Assembly: GCA_963763775.1 (NCBI GenBank)
Contig: CAVXPZ010000004.1
Span: 448,001 to 512,000, forward strand
DNA from: an uncultured Chloroflexia bacterium
GTDB lineage: Bacteria; Chloroflexota; Limnocylindria; Limnocylindrales; CSP1-4
Direction: 5' to 3'
Length of the DNA: 64,000 nt
The position numbers and the translations under genes are program-made. Below, one piece after another: positions 23,277-37,242 of the stretch (the stretch's first letter is position 1; the number at the start of each line of letters is the position of its first letter). Below the pieces are notes generated by a model. That model was given only the letters and a program-made list of their open reading frames with translations. It had not been told where the DNA came from and did no database searches.

Positions 23277-24545
23277 ATGGGTCTGAAGGTCGCCGTGGTC
23301 GGCGGCGGGAGCACCTACACCCCCGAGCTGGTCGAGGGCTTCGAGGCCCGCCGCGACCGGATGCCGATCGACGAGCTGGTCCTGCTCGACATCGACGCCG
23401 AGCGGCTCGCGATCGTCGGCGGCCTTGCCCAGCGGATGCTGGACCGGCTCGACTGGACCGGCCGTCTGACCCTGACCGACGATCGCGACGCGGCGATCGA
23501 CGGCGCGGACTTCGTCCTCATCCAGCTTCGCGTCGGCGGTCAGGCCGCCCGCCTCGTCGACGAGACGCTCCCCCCGACCTTCGGCGTCATCGGGCAGGAG
23601 ACGACGGGAGCCGGCGGCTTCGCGAAAGCGCTGCGGACCGTCCCGCTCGTCCTGGACCTCGCCGAGATCACCGCGCGGCGTGGCGCGAAGGACGCCTGGA
23701 TCGTGGACTTCACGAATCCGGTCGGCATCGTCAGCCAGGCCCTGCTCGACGCCGGACACCGGGCGATCGGCCTGTGCAACGTGGCCATCAACATCCAGCG
23801 CAGCCTGGCCGAGCGGTTCGAGGTCACGCCCGACCGCGTCGAGTTGGAGCACGTCGGCCTGAACCACCTGAGCTGGGAGCGGGCCGTCCGGGTGGATGGC
23901 GTCGATCGCCTGCCGGGGCTCATCGCGGACGACGCCGCGTCGCTCGCCGAGCACGTCGGCCTGCCCGCCGAGCTGATCCGCAGCCTCGGCGCCATCCCGT
24001 CCTACTACCTGCACTACTACTACCAGACTCGCCAGGTGGTCGAGGACCAGCGGTCCGGCGGCACACGGGCGCAGGAGGTCATCGACATCGAGCACGAGCT
24101 GCTCGAGATGTATCGCGATCAGGGGCTCGCCGAGAAGCCGGCGCTGCTCGCGAGCCGGGGCGGTGCCTACTACAGCGAGGCGGCCGCGCAGCTCATCGCC
24201 TCGCTCCACGACGGCGCCGGCGATGTCCAGGTCGTCGACGTCCGGAACGACGGCGCGATCCCCGACCTGCCGGACGACGCGGTGGTCGAGATCCCGGCGC
24301 GCATCGACCGCGATGGCGCGCATCCCCTCCCGCTCGGCCCGCTCGCGCCCGAGATGCGCGGGCTCGTCCAGGCGGTGAAGGCCTACGAGAACCTGGCGAT
24401 CGAGGCGGCGCTGAGCGGCGATCGCGACGTCGCGCTTCGGGCGCTGCTCGCCAATCCGCTGGTCGCCGACTACGACGTCGCGGCGCCACTTCTCGACGCC
24501 TTGCTCGAGGCGAACCGGGCGCACCTGCCGCGGTTCTTCCGCTAG
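23277..24545 (+). CDS. GH4 6-phospho-beta-glucosidase (CelF/ChbF-like)
   Basis: GGGSTYTP, GQETTGAGG, DFTNP, GLCN, GLNH, SRGGAYYS. Confidence 0.92.
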   Translation: MGLKVAVVGGGSTYTPELVEGFEARRDRMPIDELVLLDIDAERLAIVGGLAQRMLDRLDWTGRLTLTDDRDAAIDGADFVLIQLRVGGQAARLVDETLPPTFGVIGQETTGAGGFAKALRTVPLVLDLAEITARRGAKDAWIVDFTNPVGIVSQALLDAGHRAIGLCNVAINIQRSLAERFEVTPDRVELEHVGLNHLSWERAVRVDGVDRLPGLIADDAASLAEHVGLPAELIRSLGAIPSYYLHYYYQTRQVVEDQRSGGTRAQEVIDIEHELLEMYRDQGLAEKPALLASRGGAYYSEAAAQLIASLHDGAGDVQVVDVRNDGAIPDLPDDAVVEIPARIDRDGAHPLPLGPLAPEMRGLVQAVKAYENLAIEAALSGDRDVALRALLANPLVADYDVAAPLLDALLEANRAHLPRFFR

Positions 24546-25843
24546 GGCAGCGGCCCGCTCGCGACGGTCAGGACGCGCTCCCACGCGTGTCCGGAGGGTC
24601 CCTCGCGAACCCAGGCGACGACGAGGGTCGAGCCCACGAGCACCGCGCCCAACGGGACGGGACACGTCGGTGCGGTCGATCGAACGCCCGCCGGTCGCCA
24701 GGTCGCTCACGCCGGCCACGCGAAGGCCCGTGGTCCTGCACCCCACCTGGCACGCCTGCCAGACGATGACCGTGGCCGCCGGCGACGTCGCCAGGGACAT
24801 GTCGCCGGCACCCGGCCCGTCCCAGCGGCCGGCCTCCGACCAGGTCTCCGCCCGGTCGTCCGAGGTGGACACGATGACGTGCGCCTGCGGTCCGATGCGG
24901 GTGGCCACAGCCGAGACCACCTGCGCCCCGTCGGAGGCGAGCCGCGGGGCCGCCCAGACCGGGTGGTCGACGTACGCGGTGCCATGGCTCGTGACGTGGT
25001 CCTGCGTCACCTTGACCGAGATGTGGTCCACCCCGTGGGTCGCGAACACCGCCTGCGGGCCGACGGCCGTCGCGGCGAGGCCGCCGTCACGGAACGGATC
25101 GTCGGTATACAGCTCGCGAGCCGTCGCGTACTGGAAGGCGGGTTCCCCGACGGCCGCACCTGACGCATCGAGGGGCTGGACCAGGATGTCGCCGGTCTGC
25201 CCATCCGTGTACGCCACGAACCGCTGGTCCGGCGTCATCACGAGGGCCGGCACGCCGACCTCGCCGATGTCGTCGCCGGTCACCCGCACGGGCTCGTCCC
25301 AGGTCACGCCCCGATCGCGAGAGCGGCGGAGCATCAGCCGCTGGGTCGCCACTTGCGGGCCGCGCTGCGCCCAGGCGGCCCACAGGGTGCCGTCGGGCTC
25401 GATGGCCAGCGCGTGGCGTGCGGCGTCCGGATCCTCGGACGCCGAGACCCGGACCGGATCGCTCCACGACGACGCCGGCGTCATCGGACCAGCGGACTCG
25501 CAGCACGCCCCAGAAACCCTGGATGTCCTCGCGGGTCATCAGGAAGACGCGCGACCCGTCGCTCACGAGGTTGCCGTCCCAGGTGTCACCCGTGATGTAG
25601 GTCGTGGCCGCCGGCGTCCATCGGTCGGGCGAGGCGTCCACGCCGGTCGCCGGCCCGTAGCCACCCGAGGTGCCGCCCGCCGCCGGGTCGATGCGGCCGG
25701 TCAGGAGGCCGGTCACCAGGACCGTGATCGCCACGACCACGACGATCGTGGCGATCGGCCGCCGCGGCCCGGGTCGGGACGTCAGCTCGCTCGGCGGCGG
25801 CGCGGGCGTCCGTCCAGTCGACGAGCGGGCGTTCTTCGGTCAT
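24542..25843 (-). CDS. Membrane-anchored Asp-box/BNR (sialidase-like propeller) protein, frameshifted
   Basis: N-terminal TM, then three Asp-box-like repeats (WSDDAGV.W, RSRDRGVTW, TSDDRAETW); ends ...VASGPLP-TAG at 24542. Confidence 0.6.
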
Positions 25844-25922
25844 GCCCGCAGAGTCGCGACGCGGCGGCTGGTCGTCCATGGGCCATCGGTCCGGGTCTCC
25901 CGGCCGGTCGGGGCGGCCCCGG

Positions 25923-26870
25923 TCAGGTGCCCGCGAGCCGCTCCACGACCGGCGCCAGCTCGTCGACGCCGCCGACCATGATCGAGGTGATGCCGAGCCG
26001 CTCGCGGAGCGACTCGAACTTCTCGACGAACCGGTCGATCGATCCGATGAACAGGTGCGGCGAATCGAGCACCTCCGCCTCGGTCAGCTCGATGCCGGTC
26101 CGGCCCTTGAGGTAGTCGATGACGGCCCGTGCCTCGGCGCCGACGTCGTCGGTCACCGTGACCGGCCACGCCGACGGGTAGATGTTGAAGATGAGGTCGT
26201 CGAACCGCTCGCCGGCGGCCTCGCGGACCCAGGCGATCTTCTCGGCCGTCGCCTCGAAGGTGATGCTCCGCGGATCCGACCGCTGCTCCCCGAGGATCCG
26301 CGGCGCGAGCCCGACGATGTCCGCCTCGCGGGCGGCCAGTTCGAGCGTCCGACGGCCGCCACCGCCGATGAAGAAGGGCGGGTGCGGGCGCTGGACCGGC
26401 TTGGGCCCGGCGTCGTAGTCGGTGATCGTGTAGTGCTCGCCGGCGAAGCTGAACGGCCCGTCGGCGAAGCAGCCTTTGAGCACCGCGATGGCCTCGGCGA
26501 GACGGGCGCCGCGCGTCGCGACGGCCTCGAACGGCAGGCCGATCGCCGCGTACTCCGGCTGGTTCCAGCCGGACCCCATCGCGATGTCGAGCCGGCCCTC
26601 CGACAGGACGTCGAGGCTCGCGAGGTCCTGGGCAAGGACCGCCGGGTGCCGCAGGTCGTTGTTCAGGACGAACGTGCCGATCCGGAGCGTCGTCGTCGCT
26701 GCGGCGATCGTCGCCATGGCCGGGACGGGTGAGAGCTGCGGGATCAGGTGATCCGGGATGACCAGGGCGTGGAACCCCATCGACTCGGCGCGACGCGCCA
26801 GCTCGGCCAGCTCGCGTCCGGGCATCGGATCGCGGGCGTCGGCCAGGAACGTGAAGGGACGCATCGTCAT
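25923..26870 (-). CDS. LLM-class, probably F420-dependent oxidoreductase (MSMEG_2516-like)
   Basis: IPDHL, VLNNDLRHPAVLA, SEGRLDIAMGSGW, PVQRPHPP, IGGGG. Confidence 0.85.
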   Translation of the reverse strand: MTMRPFTFLADARDPMPGRELAELARRAESMGFHALVIPDHLIPQLSPVPAMATIAAATTTLRIGTFVLNNDLRHPAVLAQDLASLDVLSEGRLDIAMGSGWNQPEYAAIGLPFEAVATRGARLAEAIAVLKGCFADGPFSFAGEHYTITDYDAGPKPVQRPHPPFFIGGGGRRTLELAAREADIVGLAPRILGEQRSDPRSITFEATAEKIAWVREAAGERFDDLIFNIYPSAWPVTVTDDVGAEARAVIDYLKGRTGIELTEAEVLDSPHLFIGSIDRFVEKFESLRERLGITSIMVGGVDELAPVVERLAGT

Positions 26871-26929
26871 CGACCGATCGTGCCACATCGCATCGGGACG
26901 CGAGTCGGCTGGATGCCTAGACTCCCCGC

Positions 26930-27331
26930 ATGGAGTGGTTCGCCGGGTTCGCGGTCGCGGTCGTCGCGGTCCTGCTCGTCGGGGTGCGGCACGTCGGCGC
27001 CCGCCGCGTCGCCGCGGGCGATCAGCGCGCCGTGTGGCTGGTGTTTGCGCCGACGATCTTCTTCGCCTTCGTGTTCCTGTTCGCTGGCCTCCTCGTGACG
27101 GTCCGCAGCGGGCCGATCGGCCTCTTCATGGTCGGGCTGGGGGTGGTGTCCCTGGTCCTGCTGATCCGGATGGCGCGCGCCACGGCCAAGGCGCCGACCG
27201 GTCCCGATGGCGTCGACATCGACATCGGCGACGGGCCGTGGATCGACTACATCGTTTGGGGAGCGCTGCTCGTCCCGCTCCTGATCGGCGTCGCGCTGGT
27301 GATCGCGGTGATCATCGACCGTCTGAGCTGA
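26930..27331 (+). CDS. Hypothetical 4-TM membrane protein
   Basis: Four hydrophobic segments; TAGACT -10 box 6 nt before the ATG. Confidence 0.7.
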   Translation: MEWFAGFAVAVVAVLLVGVRHVGARRVAAGDQRAVWLVFAPTIFFAFVFLFAGLLVTVRSGPIGLFMVGLGVVSLVLLIRMARATAKAPTGPDGVDIDIGDGPWIDYIVWGALLVPLLIGVALVIAVIIDRLS

Positions 27332-27899
27332 CCGCGTCCCATCGTTCGCGGTCAAGCCGGTAGAGCACGTGCGGCCGCAGCGGGTCGCCGGGGTCGAGCC
27401 GCGGGTGGTCGAAGTCGTCGGCCGGGTCGTGGGTCATGCCGATCCGCTCCATGACGCGGCGCGACGGGGCATTGGCGACGGTCGTCCACGACAGGATCTC
27501 GTCCAGGCCCGCCACGGCGAACGCGTGGTCCCGCACGGCGACCGCACCCTCGGTCGCATAGCCGTGACCCCAGGCCTCGCGGGCCAGGCGCCAGCCGATC
27601 TCGACGCAGGGCGTGAACGCCATCTCGAACGTCGGCCGGGCGAGCCCGACGAACCCGATGAAGGTCTCGTCCTCGAGGCGTTCCACCGCCCACAGCCCGA
27701 ACCCGTCCCGATCGAACGAGGCCTCGGCTTTGTCGATGATCAGGTCGCTCGTCGCGCGGTCCGGACGGCTCGGGAAGTAGCGCATGACCTCCGGGTCGGC
27801 GTTCAGCGCGGCGAATGGTGCCCGGTCCGCCGCGCGCCATCGGCGCAGCACCAGTCGCTCCGTGCGGAGCTCCGGGCCAGGACCCGGCGTCGCGACCAC
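27312..27899 (-). CDS. RimJ/RimL-type GNAT acetyltransferase
   Basis: LRTERLVLRRW, DPEVMRYF, EIGWRLAREAWGHGYATE, SRRVMERIGM. Confidence 0.9.
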   Translation of the reverse strand: MVATPGPGPELRTERLVLRRWRAADRAPFAALNADPEVMRYFPSRPDRATSDLIIDKAEASFDRDGFGLWAVERLEDETFIGFVGLARPTFEMAFTPCVEIGWRLAREAWGHGYATEGAVAVRDHAFAVAGLDEILSWTTVANAPSRRVMERIGMTHDPADDFDHPRLDPGDPLRPHVLYRLDRERWDAVSSDGR

Positions 27900-27904
27900 G
27901 GGCC

Positions 27905-31724
<3,820 letters not shown>

Positions 31725-31732
<8 letters not shown>

Positions 31733-32414
31733 CGGGCGCGTCCTTCCGGAGGACCCGCCGCCAGCCGGTCTTCGTCCGCCGTACGCCGGCGGCGTCGGGT
31801 GGCCCGTCGACCTCGCCCGGGGCGGCCAGGCGCTCGGTGTCGGCCGGGCGCAGCGCGAACGTGTTGAAGCGGTTGGCTGCCTTGCTGGTGCCGTCCCGCG
31901 CCCAGGCCTCCACCGCCTCGGCCGCCGCATCGAGCAGCTCGTCGAGCCGTTGCTGCTCGTCGGGTGCGAACTTGCTCAGGACATGATCGGTCGCCGTTCG
32001 GTCCGGCTCGCCGATCCCGACGCGGAGCCGGCTGAACTTCTCCGTGCCGAGCTCCTCGATGATCGAGCGGAGGCCGTTGTGCCCGCCCGGCCCCCCACCT
32101 TCGCGGAAGCGCAGCTTGCCGAACGGCAGCGTGAAGTCGTCCGCCACGACCAGGAGGTCGCCGAGCGGCGCGTGCTCGCGCGCCAGGACCTTCCGGACCG
32201 CCCGCCCCGAGTCGTTCATGTAGGTGAGGGGCTTCACGAGCGTCAGGTCGAGGCCGCGGAACCGGCCCATGACGACGTTCGAGGCGTCGCGCTGACGGCC
32301 CTTGCCGGTCCAGCCGGCCTGTTCGGCGAGACGGTCCATGACCAGCCAGCCGACGTTGTGGCGCGTGCCCGCATACGGCGTTCCCGGGTTCCCGAGCCCG
32401 ACGACGACCTTCAC
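31725..32414 (-). CDS. pth: Peptidyl-tRNA hydrolase
   Basis: VVGLGNPG..Y..TRHNVG, KPLTYMNDSG, GGHNGLRSI, RLRVGIG. Confidence 0.96.
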
Positions 32415-32593
32415 CGACCCTCCGAGGACAGCACGACAGGGCCCGATCCCGGCTCGGACGGACCGACGGGAGGGCCTCCCGGGATGGTACCAGCCCGCGC
32501 GCTCTCGGCCGCCGGGGGCGCTCGATTCGCGGCCGGACGATCCCTCCTGAAGGGCCAGGGTCTGACGCAGCCAGCCCACCGGCCCGCAGATGC

Positions 32594-32684
32594 GACGCTT
32601 TCGTACTACGCTCTCGTACTACGCTCTCGTACGACGCTCTCGTACGACGCTTTCGCACAACGAAGTCGCACGACGAAATCGCAT
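32594..32684 (+). repeat. Tandem array of seven 13-bp units (consensus nACGCTCTCGTAC)
   Basis: gacgctttcgtac/tacgctctcgtac/tacgctctcgtac/gacgctctcgtac/gacgctttcgcac/aacgaagtcgcac/gacgaaatcgcat, no spacers. Confidence 0.92.
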
Positions 32685-33216
32685 GACCGCGGCAGAGGGA
32701 GCGGCAGCGCGGAGCTGCCGCCGCGAGATCAGGGCACCGGAGGCGATGATGGCCACCCTCGGGGTTCCGACGATCCTGGGCTCGCTGCAACGGGCGACCA
32801 ACACCTACGAGCAGCGCCTCGACGAACGGCTGATCGAGCTGGGACTCACGTCCCGTGAACTCCAGGTGATGCGATCGGCCTTCATCGAGGACGCGACGAT
32901 CGCGCAGGTCCGCGCGGCGACGGGCATGCACCCGTCGACGCTGTCGAGTCTCGTCGCCCGCTTGATCCGTGCCGGCTACCTGCGGAAACGGCGTGGCGGC
33001 CCGGATGGCCGCCATCGAGTCATCGAGCTCACGATCCCCGGCGCCGAGGCCGCACGGATCGCCGAGGACATCCTCTTCGAACTCGAGGCGGCGATCCAAC
33101 GAGAGACCGACGATCGAGGCGGACTCGACGCCCTGACGTCGGTCGTCGACGCCATCTCGCGCCTGCCCATCGCGTCGACCGATCCCGCGGATGGACTACC
33201 CGAAACGACGGCATGA
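32683..33216 (+). CDS. MarR-like winged-helix protein
   Basis: LGLTSRELQVM...TIAQVRAATGMHPSTLSSLVARLIRAGYL...DGRHRVIELT..G. Confidence 0.8.
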   Translation: MTAAEGAAARSCRREIRAPEAMMATLGVPTILGSLQRATNTYEQRLDERLIELGLTSRELQVMRSAFIEDATIAQVRAATGMHPSTLSSLVARLIRAGYLRKRRGGPDGRHRVIELTIPGAEAARIAEDILFELEAAIQRETDDRGGLDALTSVVDAISRLPIASTDPADGLPETTA

Positions 33217-33229
33217 GCGGCGGCGGCGA

Positions 33230-33736
33230 TCAGGGATCGCCCACGGCCGGATCGCGGAGCAGGCGCCGTTCCATTGATCGCATCGCGGCCTCCTCGGCCG
33301 GCTCGGCATGGTCCATGCCCATGATGTGGAGCGTCCCATGGGTGACGAGCAGTCGCAGCTCGTCGGCCGGCGCCCAGCGGACGTCGCCCGTCTGGCCGCC
33401 GCGTCCGGCCTCGGCCTGCTCGACGGCCCGTTCCACGGAGACGACCATGTCGCCGAGGTGCGGCCGTCGGCCCGGCGGGAGCGGGAACGGATCGTCCGAC
33501 AACAGCGGGAACGAGAGGACGTCCGTCGGGCCGTCCTTCCCCATGTGCGTGGCGTTGAGGCCGGCCAGCTCGGCGTCGTCGCTGAGGATGAGACCGATCG
33601 AGGCCGGCTTGGGGGCATCGGCCGCGGCCAGCGCCGCGACGATCGCCCGTGCGAGGACGACGGTGGCGACCGGCGGGCGGACGCCGTCACGGACGTCGAC
33701 GTCGATCCGCCATGGCCCGAGGTAGATACTTCGCAC
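33230..33736 (-). CDS. ybeY: rRNA maturation RNase YbeY
   Basis: PTDVLSFP, LGDMVVS, HGTLHIMGMDH zinc motif. Confidence 0.92.
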   Translation of the reverse strand: MRSIYLGPWRIDVDVRDGVRPPVATVVLARAIVAALAAADAPKPASIGLILSDDAELAGLNATHMGKDGPTDVLSFPLLSDDPFPLPPGRRPHLGDMVVSVERAVEQAEAGRGGQTGDVRWAPADELRLLVTHGTLHIMGMDHAEPAEEAAMRSMERRLLRDPAVGDP

Positions 33737-33807
33737 GGCGACACGGTAGTCGAGTCGAGGGCGTGCAGGGTCGATGGACGCAGCGTCGCGACGATCCTGG
33801 CCTCGAG

Positions 33808-36002
33808 CTAGGAGGCGGTCCCGCCCCCGGTGCCGCCCGCCCGTCGCGCCGCCGCCGCCGGCCGCCGCGCGCCGCGACTCGAGCTCCACCACGGTGTTCT
33901 GCGGGTAGGCGATCCGCGTGTGGTACATGCCGAGCAACTGCTCGACGAAGGCCTCGCGGATCCGCTCGAGGTCGCGGAGCGTCAGGTCGCACTCGTCGAA
34001 CTGGGCATCCGAGGTGCGCTCCTCGATGATGCGGCTGACCATGCCGCGGATGGCCGGCTCGTCGCGCGACGCGAGGGATCGGACGGATGCCTCGACGCCG
34101 TCGGCGAGCATGATCAGCGCCGCCTCACGCGTCTGCGGCTTCGGCCCGGCATGGCGGAACACGCGTTCGTCGACCGCCGCGGCGGCCTTCGCGCCTTCGG
34201 CGCTGGTGAGCCCGCCGTACGCGGCGGCAGCCCGCTCCTTCGCCCGGGCGAAGAAGTAGCTCATGATCGCGGTCCCGTGGTGCTGCGGGATGTAGGCGAT
34301 CAGGGCCTTCGGCAGGCGGTTCTTGTACGCGAGGTCGATGCCGTCGACCACGTGCTGCTTGACGATCTGGGCGCTGACCTCGGGCTCGAGCTGGTCGTGG
34401 ATGTTCTCGCCGCCGGCCTGGTTCTCGATGAAGGCGAGCGGGTTCGCGAGCTTGCCGATGTCGTGGTAGTACGCCGCGACGCGCGTCACGAGCGGGTCCG
34501 CGCCGATGGCCTCGGCCGCGCGTTCGGCGAGGTTGCCGACCATCAGCGAGTGGTGGTAGGTGCCGGGCGTCTCGACGAGCAGCCGTCGCAGGAGCGGCTG
34601 TGACGGGTTCGCCAGCTCGAGGAGCTGGAAGACGGTCAGGATCCCGAAGACCGAGCCGAGGACGGCGAACGTCCCGACGGCCGCGATCCCGGACCCGGCC
34701 GCCGATGCGGCCGAGGCGAACCACAGCTCGACGATGCCCTGGATGTCCCTGCGCCCCGAGGAGCGAGAAGACCGTGACGACCGCGGCATTCACGACGAAG
34801 ACCGCGAACGCGGCCTGCACGAACACCTGCAGGCGGTCGCCGCGCCGGATGGTGATGATCCCGGCGAGCCCGCCGAGGAAGATGTAGGACGCGAATTCGA
34901 GCGAGCCGCCGTTCACGGCGCCGCCGATGATCGCGACCAACGCCATCACGACCGTCGCCAGCGAGGCATCGAGCAGGATCGCGAGCAGCATCCCGATGGC
35001 CGCCGTCGGGAGGAAGTACTGCAGGATCGACCGGCCGGCGGTGACCTTCAGGGCGACCGTGGCGCCCGCCACGAGGAGCCCGGTCAGCAGGAGCGCGTTG
35101 TCCCGGTGCCACAGACCCGGGCGGAACCGCCACAGCCAGCCGAGCAGGATCCCGACGATCAACGCGCCGAGGATCGCCCAGCCGACCAGGCTCGCGACAT
35201 CCGGTCCGCGGTCGCCGGTCAGCCCGATCGCGTCGATCTTCTCGATGTCCTCGGCGGTCAGGCGCTCGTTGGCCCGGACGATGGCCTCGCCCTGGAGGAT
35301 CTGGACCATCACCGGGGCGACGGCCTCGGCCGCCTTCGACTGCTCCTGCGCGGTGAGCGGTGCGCTGAACGACGAGTTGGGGACGACGAGCGGGTTGATG
35401 AGCTCCGCCGCGAGGGCCCGCTGGTCGGCGTCCAGGCCGCCCGCCATCAGGCCCGCCAGGCGCGTCCGCGTCTCCGCGACCTCGGTGTCGCGCAACTCGG
35501 CTCGAAGCAGCGCATCGAGGACGCGCGCGGACTCCGTGCGGATGATCGGCCAGTCGCCCGGCTTGACCGCCGCGAGCGTCGCCCGTGCGTCCTTCGACAG
35601 GTCCGGGATGGCGGTCTCGAGGAGCGACGCGCGCTCGGCCTCGGGCAGGTCGGCGGCGAACGTCGTATCGACGCGGGAGACGCGCTGCTCGAAGGCGAGC
35701 TGCTGCTCCTGGGCGATCGCGATCGCGTTGTCCGTCGTGAAGTCGTACTGCGGCGGGACCGCCTCGCGGGCGGTGGCCCGCGCGGCCTCGGTCTGCGCGG
35801 CGCTCTCGAATTCCGTGGTCTTGGTCGCGATGATGTCGCGCGGCGCGAGGTCGCCGGCGGCCAGCGACAGCGGCTGCTGCGGCAGGATGTCCGCCCCGAG
35901 CACCACCGTCAGGATGATCACGAGGATCGCCGCGGAGATCCCGAGGCGCGTGGCGTCGCGGCGCGTGAATCGGGCGATCGCGTCGACGCGCTGGGTCAGC
36001 AT
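33808..36002 (-). CDS. 7TM-HD family phosphohydrolase (PgpH-like cyclic-di-AMP phosphodiesterase); frameshifts near 34750 and 33840
   Basis: Extracellular domain plus 7 TM, then PGTYHHS, YYHDIGK, FIENQ, QHHGT, LADGVEA; TAG at 33808-33810 after GGTGGGTAS. Confidence 0.88.
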
Positions 36003-36005
36003 CGG

Positions 36006-36488
36006 TCAGTGCCCGCCGTCGCCGTCGTGCGCGGCCAGGTCCGCCTTCGCGAGGGCCGCTGCCACCATGCCGCTGACGACCTTGCCGTCGGCGCGCCCGC
36101 GGGTCCGCGGCGAGAGCCAGCCCATGACCTTGCCGAGGTCGCGCGCGGACGAGGCGCCCGTCGCGGCGATGCCCTCGTCCACGAGGGCGGCGATCTCCGC
36201 CTCGCTCATGGCCTCGGGCAGGTAGTCGCGGAGGATGGCGATCTCCGCCTCCTCCTTGGTCGCGAGGTCCTCGCGACCGGCCCCGCGGAACGCCTCGACG
36301 GATTCCCGGCGCGTCTTCACCTCACGGGTGAGCACGGTCAGGACCTCGTCGTCGGTCAGGGGCTTGCCCTGCCGCTTCTCGACGTTGTAGATGGCGTTGA
36401 CGGCCATCCGCAGCACGTCGCGGCGCAGGGCCTCACCGCCGCGCATGGCGGTGGCGATATCGGTCTGGATGCGATCTCGAAGGGACAC
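36006..36488 (-). CDS. GatB/YqeY domain protein
   Basis: SLRDRIQTDIATAMR, KTRRESVEAF, YLPE, DLGKVMG, RADGK; directly downstream of rpsU. Confidence 0.92.
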   Translation of the reverse strand: MSLRDRIQTDIATAMRGGEALRRDVLRMAVNAIYNVEKRQGKPLTDDEVLTVLTREVKTRRESVEAFRGAGREDLATKEEAEIAILRDYLPEAMSEAEIAALVDEGIAATGASSARDLGKVMGWLSPRTRGRADGKVVSGMVAAALAKADLAAHDGDGGH

Positions 36489-36586
36489 CGGTTCGGCAAC
36501 CTCGGGCGGCGGTCGGCCGATCACTCGGCCTGGTGCCGGGACGCCCGCGGGGGCGCAGGGTCGGTCGGGTGCGAGCGGATGCTCGC

Positions 36587-36772
36587 TCAGCCGGCCTGCG
36601 TTCGGGCGTTCTTCTTGCGCTTCGCTTCCTTGCGCTTCCGCTTCACCGACGGCTTCTCGTAGTGCTCGCGTCGGCGAGCCTCTGCGAGGATGCCGCTCTG
36701 CTGGATCTTCTTGTTGAAGCGACGCAGGGCGCTCTCGAACGTCTCGTTCTCTCCCACTCGGACTTCAGCCAA
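36587..36772 (-). CDS. rpsU: 30S ribosomal protein S21
   Basis: [16 protein letters not shown]...[18 protein letters not shown]; GGAGGTGA RBS before TTG. Confidence 0.97.
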   Translation of the reverse strand: MAEVRVGENETFESALRRFNKKIQQSGILAEARRREHYEKPSVKRKRKEAKRKKNARTQAG

Positions 36773-36900
36773 TCCCGGTTCACCTCCCCAGGCCTAGGGT
36801 CGTGTCTTCCGGCGTCGGGCTCGCGGCCAACCGGCCCGCACGCGTCCTGGACGGCTTCCCGCCAAGGGCCGCCGGAGCATAGCCGAGGCCCCCGAGGCGG

Positions 36901-37242
36901 TCAAACGGCCGGAAGGTGCTGTCCGAGGACGAAGATCCAGTAGGCATCCAGTCCAGCGACGACAGCCCAGAACCCGATGATGAGCGTCGGGCGCCGAAGG
37001 AAACACTTGCTCCACGACACGCCGAGCGTGATCGAGCGGGTGTACAGCACGATCGCGACGATCGCGACGACGAGCACGAAGACCGCCGGACCGACAAGCC
37101 AGGCGATCAGACCGATCGTACCCATCCGGCAGAAGGTGAACGCCAGCCGCTCGTACTTTTCGGGCCGACTCAGCGGAGGCCGGACGTAGGAGCCGGGCCC
37201 GACCGCGGGCGGCGCGAGGGAGTCACCGTGGATGCTCGTCAT
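36901..37242 (-). CDS. Small Cys-containing membrane protein, last gene of the radical SAM operon
   Basis: ATGA overlap with the radical SAM stop; 2-3 TM; FTFC and SKC cysteines. Confidence 0.75.
   Translation of the reverse strand: MTSIHGDSLAPPAVGPGSYVRPPLSRPEKYERLAFTFCRMGTIGLIAWLVGPAVFVLVVAIVAIVLYTRSITLGVSWSKCFLRRPTLIIGFWAVVAGLDAYWIFVLGQHLPAV

Noticed and set aside
32594-32684. 13-bp array as a CRISPR array
   Set aside because: The units are contiguous and too short, with no spacers and no cas genes.
33230-34789. Apparent HD-domain/YbeY fusion ORF (519 aa)
   Set aside because: An indel in a G-rich tract near 33840 bypasses TAG 33808; ybeY has its own -10 box and GTG at 33736.
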